From: Candidatus Daviesbacteria bacterium
GTDB taxonomy: Bacteria > Patescibacteriota > Microgenomatia > Daviesbacterales > UBA10151
DNA: 64,000 nucleotides
Direction: 5' to 3'
Assembly (NCBI GenBank): GCA_030699125.1
Contig: JAUYKM010000009.1
Coordinates: 204,958 to 268,957, forward strand
The notes beneath the pieces were generated by a model that worked only from the letters and a program-made list of their open reading frames with translations, had not been told where the DNA came from and made no database searches. Positions 8,361 through 18,432 of the stretch are shown in pieces. How positions within the stretch are numbered: the first letter of the stretch is position 1; the number at the start of each line of letters is the position of its first letter. The translations under genes and the position numbers were made by a program.

Positions 8361-11045
8361 ATGTTTATATCTATACCTAAGAGAGATCTATTGCTTTTAC
8401 TCGTTATACCCCTTACCTTAGTTCTAATCTGGTTCAGAAATGGATTAATTATAGGAGGTGGAGAGGAGAGTTTACCGTTTTATAATCTTAAACATACCTT
8501 TGAAATTTCTACTTCAATCTGGGTCGAATACGCCACAGGACTTCCTATAATTGGCTGGCTTCCAAAAGCACCACTTATTTACACCGCATCATTGTTAGCA
8601 AGTATAGGTATCCCTCCTTTTATTCTACAAATGATGACATTTTATGTTTTGATGGTAGTAGGCCTTTTTAGTTTGTATTATCTTATACTGTGCTTCTTAC
8701 AAGATCGGGAAGATAAATTTACCATCGCTTTAATTACAGCTATATATTACTTATTGAATCCATTTACTTTTAGTCAAGTTTGGGGACGTGGTATATCTGC
8801 ACAATACTTTTCCTTTACTCTCTTACCGCTAACTCTTTTGATCTATATGAAGGCGCTTGAAAATAGAAAATATTGGTTTGGGATATTAATTGCTTTAATA
8901 TCTGCCATTTTTGCTGCTGCTTATCAATTTTTAACGTTTATAATAGTTCAATGGGCTGTATTATTCGCATATTCCCTGTATATACTTATCTCATCTAGGG
9001 ACAAACTAAAGCAGCTCGTGTTTATTGTCCCCTTCATGTTACTAAGTTTTACTCTCTGGGTTATTATTAATTCTTGGTGGTTAATTCCCCTTGGTTATTC
9101 AGCTACAAACGTATACTCATCAGGGATTTCCGGGGAAGCAGAAAATCTCGGGACTTTGATAGGTGTAAGCAGAAACTATACCCCGGATATTATTATTCGT
9201 CTTCTGCAAAGAACCTATTTTTACGATGCTTCTGCCTTTAGTCCAATTTATCTATCAATACCGTTTCAGCTTATTAGCTGGATCCCGGTAATATTTATAA
9301 TCCTTGCCCTTTACAAAATTTTAAAAGCAAAACTGAGGCAGTTTCGTTTTCTTGTCATTTTGCTTTTCTTAGGATTAATTATTTCATTGGGAGCAAACCC
9401 GCCTTTCGGAAGTCTATTTATAGAAGTATTTAAAAAATCTTCCATACTCCAAGCTTTCAGAAATCCTTTTGAAAAATTTGGTTTGGTTTATGCCTTAGGT
9501 TACAGTGCTATTTTTGCCTATGGGCTTACTTCATTTTTTAATAACAAGTTTAAGAGCTTAGGTATACTCTTTATATTGGGGTTAACTTGTGGCATTTTTG
9601 CCTGGCCAATGTGGACCGGCAGGGTAGTAGCTGCACCGGATAAAAAAATTGGTGTACTGGTCCCCTCCGCCTATCAGGAGTTGAATAATTGGTTAAATGA
9701 TAAAGGAGATTTTAGATTAATTATGACTCCTCTTTGGGGTGGAGATGGAGCTTTTTATCTTTGGGATGGCCATAGATATCAGGGTTCAGACCCAATGATA
9801 TTTATTGTAAATATGGGCACTATTTCAAACAGCATTAAATTGCCCTACTACTATGATTTTATAAGAGGGATCCATAAGTATAAGGAAAGAATTAATGTAG
9901 CACCTTCGCTCAGTCTACTTAGAGCAAAGTATTTGGTAGATAGAAAGGATGCCACTTTAATCAGTGAAGCAGAGAAACAACATCAAAAATATTTAACAAA
10001 GGTGATATATCCCCCAACTGAATCTATATATAATGTATGTAATGATCTTTACGATAATGCCGGGGCCGATAAAATAGCTTGGATTGTTTGTCAGGTTCCC
10101 CCAGCATATAGTAATTGGCAGGAGATCAAATATCTTCATATCAAAGTTAGAGCGAACGAGAGCGCCCTTTTAGATGTTGCAGTGCAGGACAAAAAGGGAA
10201 TTAGGATTCGCTGGGACGGCAGGATGGATAAAGAATATTCAACCATAGGGGACAGCTGGACTACGCTTATCTTACCAATTAATTACCCGACAGAATACAA
10301 TTACGCAATTGATTTTTCTGCAATTAATTCTTTGGAGATTAAGGCTCACCCTATCGGGAACCCTCTTGATACAGTTTGGGAGGTGAATTTAGGAGAGGTT
10401 AGGTTAGATACAGGTAGAGAAGAGAAAACTGATGCCTTTGACCTAGTGAAAAGTTTTGGGGCACTAGATGTATATGAACCAAATTATTTTGTAGATCCTG
10501 GTGAAGTTAATATGTTATCAAATATAAACTTTGTAGAAGATTTTATCGAATTATTTAATTTAGTCAATGAAGATAGAGAAGTTTTGAATCAAGAAGGCTT
10601 TTTAGTTTATAGTCAGAATCCAGAAAAGAATTCTGATCAACTAGTCATAAAACCAACTCTTAAAATTAAAAATTATAGCAAGATCTCAAATACTCGTTAT
10701 TGGATTCAGACTAAAGGGGAAGGAGAGGGATTAGTTTTATTAAGTAAGACTTTTGACCCGCAATGGAAAATCTTAAAGGGTGTTACTCCTGAAAAACTCT
10801 CAAGCAATTTTTTCAATAATCTCAATCTTTTAAAAGATGTATCACTGAGTGAAGATAATCATTATATAGTTAACGGTTATGCAAATTTATGGAAAATCGA
10901 TGCTGGAGAATCTGATTATGCTATAGTATACAAACCGAGGATCATAGCTGAGATAGGTTTTACGATTTCTAAATTTTCCGCCATTTTTATCTTAGGGATC
11001 GTGGCTATGTTGACGTTTAAAAATTATGTTCAAAGAAAATTCTAA
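8361..11045 (+). CDS. Large polytopic GT-C-like membrane protein (AftD/YfhO-like) with extracellular carbohydrate-binding-like domain
   Basis: Many N-terminal TM helices with GGGEE, YLLNPF, WWLIP, RNPFEK and WPM motifs. C-terminal YfhO-like FDPQW...HYIVNGYANLW and a terminal TM helix. Start taken at ATG 8361. Confidence 0.7.
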   Translation: MFISIPKRDLLLLLVIPLTLVLIWFRNGLIIGGGEESLPFYNLKHTFEISTSIWVEYATGLPIIGWLPKAPLIYTASLLASIGIPPFILQMMTFYVLMVVGLFSLYYLILCFLQDREDKFTIALITAIYYLLNPFTFSQVWGRGISAQYFSFTLLPLTLLIYMKALENRKYWFGILIALISAIFAAAYQFLTFIIVQWAVLFAYSLYILISSRDKLKQLVFIVPFMLLSFTLWVIINSWWLIPLGYSATNVYSSGISGEAENLGTLIGVSRNYTPDIIIRLLQRTYFYDASAFSPIYLSIPFQLISWIPVIFIILALYKILKAKLRQFRFLVILLFLGLIISLGANPPFGSLFIEVFKKSSILQAFRNPFEKFGLVYALGYSAIFAYGLTSFFNNKFKSLGILFILGLTCGIFAWPMWTGRVVAAPDKKIGVLVPSAYQELNNWLNDKGDFRLIMTPLWGGDGAFYLWDGHRYQGSDPMIFIVNMGTISNSIKLPYYYDFIRGIHKYKERINVAPSLSLLRAKYLVDRKDATLISEAEKQHQKYLTKVIYPPTESIYNVCNDLYDNAGADKIAWIVCQVPPAYSNWQEIKYLHIKVRANESALLDVAVQDKKGIRIRWDGRMDKEYSTIGDSWTTLILPINYPTEYNYAIDFSAINSLEIKAHPIGNPLDTVWEVNLGEVRLDTGREEKTDAFDLVKSFGALDVYEPNYFVDPGEVNMLSNINFVEDFIELFNLVNEDREVLNQEGFLVYSQNPEKNSDQLVIKPTLKIKNYSKISNTRYWIQTKGEGEGLVLLSKTFDPQWKILKGVTPEKLSSNFFNNLNLLKDVSLSEDNHYIVNGYANLWKIDAGESDYAIVYKPRIIAEIGFTISKFSAIFILGIVAMLTFKNYVQRKF

Positions 11046-12693
11046 TTTAGCAATCGCACAAATTTCATCCTATCCTGGTGAAATCTCCGATAACGTCAAG
11101 AAAATTATTAATTCAATAATCAAAGCAAAAAGCATAGGTGCAAAATTGATTATTTTTCCTGAACTGGCTATTCCAGGTTATATGTCGCTTGATTTAATGC
11201 TCTATCCAAAGTATATAGAAGAGAATTTGAAGGCCTTGGATAAAATAAAGCTGTTGACAAAAGATGTAATGGCAATTATAGGATTTATTGATCAGGATAG
11301 AAATAAAATTGGTCCAGATGGTACGGCGATCAGATATAATTCAGCGGCTATTATTTATGATCAGAAAATTGTTGCTATCCAGGATAAAACTCTACTGCCT
11401 AATTACGATGTTTTCTTTGAAAAAAGATATTTTGCTGAAGGAAGGGATAGAAAAATCATCAATTTTCAGGATCTAAAATTAGGTATAGAAATATGTGAGG
11501 ATCTTTGGGATGAAAACTACTCGGTGAAGGTTTCTCAGGATTTAATAAAAAAAGGTGCAGATATTTTAATTAACATTTCAAGTTCGCCCTTCTATCTGGG
11601 TAAAAGGAACGATAGAGAGAATTTGATAAAAAGAATTAGCCTCAAATTTAAAGTCCCGTTTGTCTACGTCAATTGTGTGGGAGTCCAAGATGGTTATGAT
11701 GGCGAGTTAGTTTTTGACGGTCAAAGCATGGTTTTTAATAATAAAGGTGAATTAATTCGTTTGGGTAAAGAATTTGAAGACGATATATTTTATATAAATC
11801 CTGCTGATCTTTGGAATGGAAAGAGATTAACTCCGCCAAGATATAATCAAATTCACGATCTTTATAAAGCGCTTGTTTTAGCAATTACCAGTTATTTTAG
11901 AAGAACAAAGTTTAGAAAAGCTTATATTGGTTTGAGCGGAGGGATAGATTCTGCAGTTGTTGCCTCTTTAGCTGTGAAAGCATTGGGGAGTAAAAACGTT
12001 ACAGGTATTTTAATGCCTTCCCAATTTACAGATAAGGAGAGTATAAATGATGCGAAAAAGTTAGCAAAAAATTTGACAATTGAATATAAAATAATATTTA
12101 TAAATGGTTTATTTAAAAACTTCCAAAAGTCATTAAAAAATTCATTTAAGGAAAAAGGGGTTGATACAACAGAAGAAAATCTCCAGGCAAGAATTAGAGG
12201 AATGATTTTAATGGCCCATGCTAACAAATTTAAAGGTTTGGTAATAAGTACAGCGAACAAAACAGAAACGGCCTTAGGATATACAACGCTATATGGTGAT
12301 ATGTGTGGAGCAATCGCACCCTTGGCTGATGTAAGTAAGCTGCTTGTTTATGAACTTGCAAATTTTATAAATCAAGAACAAGAAATAGGAATAATTCCTC
12401 AAAACATCATTAAGAGAATCCCCACAGCAGAACTTAGGGTTAATCAAACAGATGAGCAGTCTCTCGGTGCACCCTACAGTATTATTTCACCTTTAGTTGA
12501 TGAAATTATTGAAGGAGGGAAAGGATCCAAAGAATTAGAAAAGAAATATTCCAAAAAGGTGGTTGAACATATTACAAATTTAATAAATCAAAATGAATAT
12601 AAAAGAAGACAAGCGGCTCCCGCAGTCAAAGTAACCAAAAAGGCCTTTGGTATTGGACGAAGGATTCCCATTGTCCACCAATTTAAAATTTGA
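11026..12693 (+). CDS. nadE: Glutamine-dependent NAD+ synthetase
   Basis: Nitrilase domain with E-K-C triad (FPEL, KTLLPNY, ICEDLW) plus synthetase domain (GLSGGIDS, ENLQARIRG, NKTE, YTTLYGD, EYKRRQ). Confidence 0.92.
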   Translation: MFKENSNLAIAQISSYPGEISDNVKKIINSIIKAKSIGAKLIIFPELAIPGYMSLDLMLYPKYIEENLKALDKIKLLTKDVMAIIGFIDQDRNKIGPDGTAIRYNSAAIIYDQKIVAIQDKTLLPNYDVFFEKRYFAEGRDRKIINFQDLKLGIEICEDLWDENYSVKVSQDLIKKGADILINISSSPFYLGKRNDRENLIKRISLKFKVPFVYVNCVGVQDGYDGELVFDGQSMVFNNKGELIRLGKEFEDDIFYINPADLWNGKRLTPPRYNQIHDLYKALVLAITSYFRRTKFRKAYIGLSGGIDSAVVASLAVKALGSKNVTGILMPSQFTDKESINDAKKLAKNLTIEYKIIFINGLFKNFQKSLKNSFKEKGVDTTEENLQARIRGMILMAHANKFKGLVISTANKTETALGYTTLYGDMCGAIAPLADVSKLLVYELANFINQEQEIGIIPQNIIKRIPTAELRVNQTDEQSLGAPYSIISPLVDEIIEGGKGSKELEKKYSKKVVEHITNLINQNEYKRRQAAPAVKVTKKAFGIGRRIPIVHQFKI

Positions 12694-12707
12694 TAACATT
12701 TGCTCCT

Positions 12708-14018
12708 ATGAAAGTTTCTGTTTTAGGACTGGGAAAACTTGGATTACCGCTTTTAGCAACCTGTGCTTCAAAGGGATTCCTTAGTTATGGATACGATATT
12801 AATAAAGAAATTCTCAGCAAACTGGGCAAAAGTATAACTGATTCAAAAGAAACTTCACTAGCAACGCTTATAAAAAAATTTAAAAAAAAGATCATTACTT
12901 CAGAGAGTATTACGGATGCGGTTTTAAATTCTGATATAACATTTGTCGTTACGCCCACACCATCTAAAAAGAATGGCTCTTTTTCTAATAAATATATTTT
13001 TGATGTGGTAAAAGGGATAGCTCATGGACTCAAAGTAAAGAGTAAGTATCATTTGGTGGTGATTGTTAGTACTATTATGCCCAATTCTACTAATCAAGCA
13101 AGAAAAATTTTAGAAAAAAACTCCGGAAAGATGTGTGGCAAAGATTTTGGTTTATGTTACAACCCAGAATTTATAGCCTTGGGTAGTGTAGTCGAGAATC
13201 TACTGAATCCAGATTTTGTGTTAATTGGGCAATCAGATACGAAGTCAGGCGATATTTTAGAACAATTTTATCTTAAATTTTGTAATAATCGCCCCAAAAT
13301 TATGAGAATGAATTTTGTTAATGCGGAACTGACTAAGATCTCTCTCAATACTTATGTCACAACCAAAATCTCTTATGCTAATATGTTAACTGAAATCTGT
13401 GAGAAATTACCTGAAGGTGATGTAGATGTGATCACAAATGCTTTAGGACTAGATTCCAGAATTGGGACCAAATATTTAAAAGGAGGACCATCTTTTGGGG
13501 GTCCTTGTTTTCCCAGAGATAATTTAGCCTTTATTTATTTAGCAAGGAAATTAAAATCAAATTTCCAACTTCCATTAGCAACTCATAAAACTAATCTACA
13601 ACAAACAGATAGATTAGTTAAGATTATAATGCAGTATTCTGCTAACAGTAAGATAGGCATCCTTGGTCTATCTTATAAACCTTTCACAGATGTAATTGAA
13701 GAGTCTTTTGGGCTTATTTTAGCCAAAAAATTATTGCAACAAAAGAAAATAGTAAACGTTCATGATCCTGTGGCTTTAGAAAATGTAGAAAAGGTCTTTA
13801 AGGATCAGGTGAAATATTTTAACAATATTAAAGAATGTATTGAAGAATCAGAAGTAGTTGTTATCTCATGTAATTGGCCTCAATATAAAGCTGTCGATAA
13901 GTTTTTTAAAAGCAAAGCTAAAAAAATATTAATTGACCCTTGGCGGATGATTAACCCCAAATCACTTTCTTCCAGTGTAATTTATGTACCGGTTGGTCAA
14001 AATATTAATTATCAATGA
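12708..14018 (+). CDS. ugd: UDP-glucose/GDP-mannose dehydrogenase family
   Basis: GLGKLG, YNPEF, DSRIG, GGPCFPRD, GLSYKP. Start taken at ATG 12708. Confidence 0.9.
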   Translation: MKVSVLGLGKLGLPLLATCASKGFLSYGYDINKEILSKLGKSITDSKETSLATLIKKFKKKIITSESITDAVLNSDITFVVTPTPSKKNGSFSNKYIFDVVKGIAHGLKVKSKYHLVVIVSTIMPNSTNQARKILEKNSGKMCGKDFGLCYNPEFIALGSVVENLLNPDFVLIGQSDTKSGDILEQFYLKFCNNRPKIMRMNFVNAELTKISLNTYVTTKISYANMLTEICEKLPEGDVDVITNALGLDSRIGTKYLKGGPSFGGPCFPRDNLAFIYLARKLKSNFQLPLATHKTNLQQTDRLVKIIMQYSANSKIGILGLSYKPFTDVIEESFGLILAKKLLQQKKIVNVHDPVALENVEKVFKDQVKYFNNIKECIEESEVVVISCNWPQYKAVDKFFKSKAKKILIDPWRMINPKSLSSSVIYVPVGQNINYQ

Positions 14019-15238
14019 TAAGTCTTAGAATATACATAATAGCATTGGCTGCTCATGGCCAAGGTATTTCAGGTTCTGATCGGATTTTTATTGAGTTTGC
14101 AAAAGTTTGGTCAAGAAGAAATTCTGTGACAATTTATGTTTGGGAGGAAGGGTTCAAGATGTGCCAAAGGCAACATCTTGAGATATCAAATATAAGCAAA
14201 GCTTCCCTTTTGCAAAAACAAAACGTCAAATATCAAATATCAAATATGGGAATATGGAGGAAGTTTGGTTTTGTTATAAATTATCTGGCACGGATTATAG
14301 AAGGAATAAGATTGGGTTTTTCCATTAGATTAGAAAATTCACCGTCAATTATTGTTTACTCTGCTTCTGAGTTTTGGATGGATTCTATACCTGCCTTAAT
14401 TCTCAAATTGAGATACTCAAAAATAAAATGGGTGGCGGCTTGGTTTCAGACAGCACCAAAACCTTGGGTGGGGTTTACGGAAGGTGAAAGAAGCAATACT
14501 TATAAGTTGAGTGCTTTTCTTTATTGGTTAGCTCAACTACCTATAAAACCTGTTATTTCTCATTTTGCCGACTTTATTCTAGTGAATAATGAACAGGAAA
14601 GAAAACAGTTCCCCATTCTTAATAAAAAAAACAGAGTAATTGTTGTTTTAGGAGCTGTAGATTTAACACAGATAAATCAATGGAAAAAGAAATTTAAAAA
14701 TTTACCTAAAATTTATGATGCGGTTTTTCAAGGAAGATTTCATCCACAGAAAGGAGTTGTGGAACTTATTGATATCTGGAAACTAGTAGTTAATAAAAAA
14801 AATGATGCTAAATTGGCTCTTATAGGTGAAGGTCCTTTAATGGAGGATGTGAAACAAAAGATAAACCAGTTGATGTTGCAAAAAAATATCAAACTCTTTG
14901 GTTATGTCTTTGATGGCCCCAAGAAATATAAAATATTTGCCCAATCTAAATTGGTAGTCCATCCTGCTTTTTATGATTCTGGAGGCATGGCAGCAGCAGA
15001 AGCTATGGCATTTGGTATTCCCGCTATTGGATTTAATTTACCTGCATATAAATCATATTATCCAAAAGGGATGTATAAAGTTCCAGTCAATAATTTAATG
15101 GTATTTGCTGATACAATTTTAAATCTCTTAGACAATAAAAAATTATACTTAGAATTGGGAGATGAGTCTAAGCAGATGATTTCTAAAAATTGGTCATGGG
15201 ATAAAAGAGCAAATGAGGTATTAGCTAGATTGTCATAG
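14015..15238 (+). CDS. GT4 glycosyltransferase
   Basis: GRFHPQKG, DSGGMAAAEAMAFG. Confidence 0.88.
   Translation: MISLRIYIIALAAHGQGISGSDRIFIEFAKVWSRRNSVTIYVWEEGFKMCQRQHLEISNISKASLLQKQNVKYQISNMGIWRKFGFVINYLARIIEGIRLGFSIRLENSPSIIVYSASEFWMDSIPALILKLRYSKIKWVAAWFQTAPKPWVGFTEGERSNTYKLSAFLYWLAQLPIKPVISHFADFILVNNEQERKQFPILNKKNRVIVVLGAVDLTQINQWKKKFKNLPKIYDAVFQGRFHPQKGVVELIDIWKLVVNKKNDAKLALIGEGPLMEDVKQKINQLMLQKNIKLFGYVFDGPKKYKIFAQSKLVVHPAFYDSGGMAAAEAMAFGIPAIGFNLPAYKSYYPKGMYKVPVNNLMVFADTILNLLDNKKLYLELGDESKQMISKNWSWDKRANEVLARLS
14183..14248 (+). repeat. In-frame heptamer array (ATATCAA/AAATATC) with embedded weak hairpin
   Basis: atatcaa atataa [gcaaagcttcccttttgc] aaaaaca aaacgtc aaatatc aaatatc aaatatg. 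Confidence 0.55.
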
Positions 15239-15267
15239 ATAATAAGAGATGTCATAATGAATATAAT

Positions 15268-15483
15268 ATGTTGATTTTGATAAGTTTATTATCCATTTTG
15301 TTAATTTTTCCAAATGAAGTAAATGCTTATCTTGATCCCGGATCAGGCAGTTTATTTCTGCAAATGATTTTAGGATTTATATTGGGTGCTTTAATTTCTG
15401 TAAAAGTATTTTGGAAACAGGCCGTAAACTTTATAAAAAATCTTACTCGCAAGAAGGATAAAACTTCAAGTAATGAGCAGTAA
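15268..15483 (+). CDS. Small membrane protein with YLDPGSGS motif
   Basis: 71 aa: signal-like segment, AYLDPGSGS, TM helix, basic tail. Overlaps the start of the next gene. Confidence 0.75.
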   Translation: MLILISLLSILLIFPNEVNAYLDPGSGSLFLQMILGFILGALISVKVFWKQAVNFIKNLTRKKDKTSSNEQ

Positions 15484-16846
15484 TTTTTCAAATGGTTCTT
15501 TTAGAGATCCCAGCGGACGTGTGTTTTTAGAAAATGGGAAAATTTACAGGACAATAGATTATTCATATAAAGATAATTATGATCAATTAATTAAGTCCGG
15601 TTTGTATGCCAAACTTACCAGTCTAGGTTTGTTGATACCTCACAGGGAAGTAAAAACACCAAATAATACTGTCTATAGAACAATTAGACCTGAGCATATT
15701 CCTTTTGTGTCCTATCCTTATGAGTGGTGTTTTAGTCAGTTTAAAGATGCCGCCTTGACTACTCTTAGAATTCAGAAAATTGCTTTGGAAAATAACATGA
15801 GTCTTAAGGATGCCAGCTCTTTCAATATCCAGTTTTTTAGGGGTAAGCCCATTTTAATTGATACTCTCTCATTTGAAAAATATCAGATAGGTTTGCCGTG
15901 GATAGCATATAGGCAATTTTGTATGCATTTTTTAGCACCTTTGCTTTTAATGAGTCAAAAGAATTTAGAATTCAATAAAATCCTTTCTATTTATATAGAC
16001 GGAGTACCTCTTAATTTGACCAGTACACTATTGCCCAAAAAAACATATCTTAATTTTTCTGCCCTAACTCATATTCATCTCCATTCCCGAATGGAAAAGC
16101 ATTTTGGTGGAAGAAAAGTTGCCTCGGGTGGGAAATCCCTCAGCAAAAAAACTCTCATAGCTCTAGTGGAAAATTTGGAAAAAACCATTCAAAACATTAA
16201 ACTTAAAAATGAAATTAGCCACTGGAGCAAGTACTATCAGGATAATAGCTATTCCTCAAAAGCCTTTTCCCATAAGAAGAAAATAGTTGATGATCTATTA
16301 AAGTCTCTAAATATAAAAACAGCCCTGGATATAGGTTCTAATACGGGATTTTTCAGCAGGCTTTATGCTAAGCGGGGGATAAATACTATCTCCATAGATA
16401 ATGATCATCTCTCAGTAGAAAAAAATTATCTAACTTGCAAAAAAGAAAATATAGATAAATGCTTACCTCTTTGTGTAGATATTACAAACCCTTCCCCTTC
16501 AATTGGCTGGAATAATGAAGAAAGATTATCGTTTATTGATCGAGGTCCTTTTGATCTTATTTTAGCGTTGGCATTGATACATCATCTGGCTATTGGCTAT
16601 AATATCCCATTGGAAAATATTGCTAAAATGTTTAGTAAATTAGGTAGAAATATTATAGTTGAGTTTGTAGCTAAAGCTGATCTCATGGTACAGAGATTGC
16701 TGGCAAACAGAAAAGACATCTTTCCAAATTATACCAGGGAGAATTTTGAGATAGAATTTAGCAAATTTTTTCAAATAAAAAAAGTAATAAATATATCTGG
16801 TTCAATAAGATCTATGTATCTTTTTAAAAATAGAATTGATATATGA
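15473..16846 (+). CDS. NoeA-like protein: kinase-like N-domain plus class I methyltransferase
   Basis: SFRDPSG, SYPYEW, LKDASSFN, IDTLSF, then DIGSNTG, NPSPSIGW and LALIHHL, a pattern characteristic of the NoeA family. Confidence 0.75.
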   Translation: MSSNFSNGSFRDPSGRVFLENGKIYRTIDYSYKDNYDQLIKSGLYAKLTSLGLLIPHREVKTPNNTVYRTIRPEHIPFVSYPYEWCFSQFKDAALTTLRIQKIALENNMSLKDASSFNIQFFRGKPILIDTLSFEKYQIGLPWIAYRQFCMHFLAPLLLMSQKNLEFNKILSIYIDGVPLNLTSTLLPKKTYLNFSALTHIHLHSRMEKHFGGRKVASGGKSLSKKTLIALVENLEKTIQNIKLKNEISHWSKYYQDNSYSSKAFSHKKKIVDDLLKSLNIKTALDIGSNTGFFSRLYAKRGINTISIDNDHLSVEKNYLTCKKENIDKCLPLCVDITNPSPSIGWNNEERLSFIDRGPFDLILALALIHHLAIGYNIPLENIAKMFSKLGRNIIVEFVAKADLMVQRLLANRKDIFPNYTRENFEIEFSKFFQIKKVINISGSIRSMYLFKNRIDI

Positions 16847-18417
16847 AAAATTTTATAACTAAGCCGATTCACCCTTTCTTATTTGCACTTTTTCCTACCT
16901 TTGCATTTGTTGCTCATAATTTTGATGAGTTAATTGCTGAATATTTAACATATCCCACTGTCTTTCTCACCCTTTTCGTATTTATTTTATGGCTTTTGGT
17001 GTCCTTTTTCATAAGCAATAGACAAAAATCAGCCTTAGTAGTTTCGGCGGTAGCGTTCCTTACCAGTTATCTGATTGACTTTAAAGTTTTTCTTTATGAT
17101 TTTAGAGCCAATCAATTTTTTATTACCAATCAAAAGAAAATTTTATTTTTGGCAATTTTTTTAGTTTTTACAATCTTTGTAATTAGAAAGATTACAGTAA
17201 ACTTTAGAAAAATAACCATACTTCTAAATATTTTTTCCCTCTCCTTTCTGATGATCCCCACCACCCAGATTATTTATAAGCAAGCCTTAAGAGCGCTTAA
17301 TCCGGTTAAGTCTTCAAACATAATTGTTTATAACGGGGATGAAAGTGTGCAGGGGGAACTTCCAGATATCTACTACATTATAGTTGACAGATATGCCAGC
17401 AGGCGAATTCTTGATGAGCTCTATAACTTTGATAACTCAGAATTTATAAATTTTTTGAAAAATAGGGGGTTTTTTGTGGCAAAGACTGCTGCCAATTATC
17501 CTTTCACTGTTTCCTCACTTGCCTCATCTTTAAATATGATTTATCTGGATAATGTTGTTGAACAGGTTGATAGGGGATCTGATAGCAAGAGGCCTTTAAT
17601 AGATATGATACAAGATAGTGAAGTTGCCAGATATCTTAAAAACAAAGGCTATAAGTATTTAAACTTTGGTTTCTCCTGGGAGCATAATGCCAAAAATAAG
17701 AATGCTGATTATAACTATGCTTATGAACCAAAAGAACTTCACTATTTGGAAAAGTTACTAGACGAATTAGATAACAACTCCACCAATTTTTTGGGCAGTT
17801 TTTTAACTCAAACCCTGAAAGATCAGACCTTGGGACAATTAACTGGGGGTGGAAATTACTGGAATTTCATTATCGATCAGATTCTGGAAGTTTCCAGGAC
17901 CACCAAAATAGAGGGCCCCAAGTTTGTTTTTTACCATTCTTTTCTGGCGCATGATCCGTATATATTCGATAGAGATGGAAATCCTCAGGCAACAGATCAA
18001 TTTAATATGAAGGAAGGAGCAAAAAAACTTTATGTAGAGCAATTAATTTTTGCCAATAAGGTCTTGATGAATCTAATAGATACTTTGCTAAAAGATTCAG
18101 AAAAACCTCCGATTATTATTTTACAAGCAGATGAAGGACCTTACCCAAAAAGATTTAGACAGCAATTAGATAAATTTAATTGGAGGACTGCCACCGTAGA
18201 AGAATTAAAAGAAAAAATGAGAATTATAAGTGCTTATTATTTTCCCGGTGGGAAAACTGATCTTCTTTATCAAACGATCTCTCCTGTTAACAGCTTTAGA
18301 GTGATTCTAAATACCTATTTTGGTGAGAATTTACCACTTTTACCTGACAAAAATTATGCCCAAGTCTATTCTGAATTTCCTTATGATGTATTTGAAGTCA
18401 CTAATATTGTTAAATAG
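16843..18417 (+). CDS. Membrane-anchored alkaline phosphatase/sulfatase superfamily transferase (NoeB/LtaS-like)
   Basis: About five N-terminal TMs, PDIYYIIVDRY, NYPFTVSSLAS (Thr nucleophile position), HDPY, IILQADEG. Confidence 0.72.
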   Translation: MKNFITKPIHPFLFALFPTFAFVAHNFDELIAEYLTYPTVFLTLFVFILWLLVSFFISNRQKSALVVSAVAFLTSYLIDFKVFLYDFRANQFFITNQKKILFLAIFLVFTIFVIRKITVNFRKITILLNIFSLSFLMIPTTQIIYKQALRALNPVKSSNIIVYNGDESVQGELPDIYYIIVDRYASRRILDELYNFDNSEFINFLKNRGFFVAKTAANYPFTVSSLASSLNMIYLDNVVEQVDRGSDSKRPLIDMIQDSEVARYLKNKGYKYLNFGFSWEHNAKNKNADYNYAYEPKELHYLEKLLDELDNNSTNFLGSFLTQTLKDQTLGQLTGGGNYWNFIIDQILEVSRTTKIEGPKFVFYHSFLAHDPYIFDRDGNPQATDQFNMKEGAKKLYVEQLIFANKVLMNLIDTLLKDSEKPPIIILQADEGPYPKRFRQQLDKFNWRTATVEELKEKMRIISAYYFPGGKTDLLYQTISPVNSFRVILNTYFGENLPLLPDKNYAQVYSEFPYDVFEVTNIVK

Positions 18418-18432
18418 TAAAGCTTGATAAAA

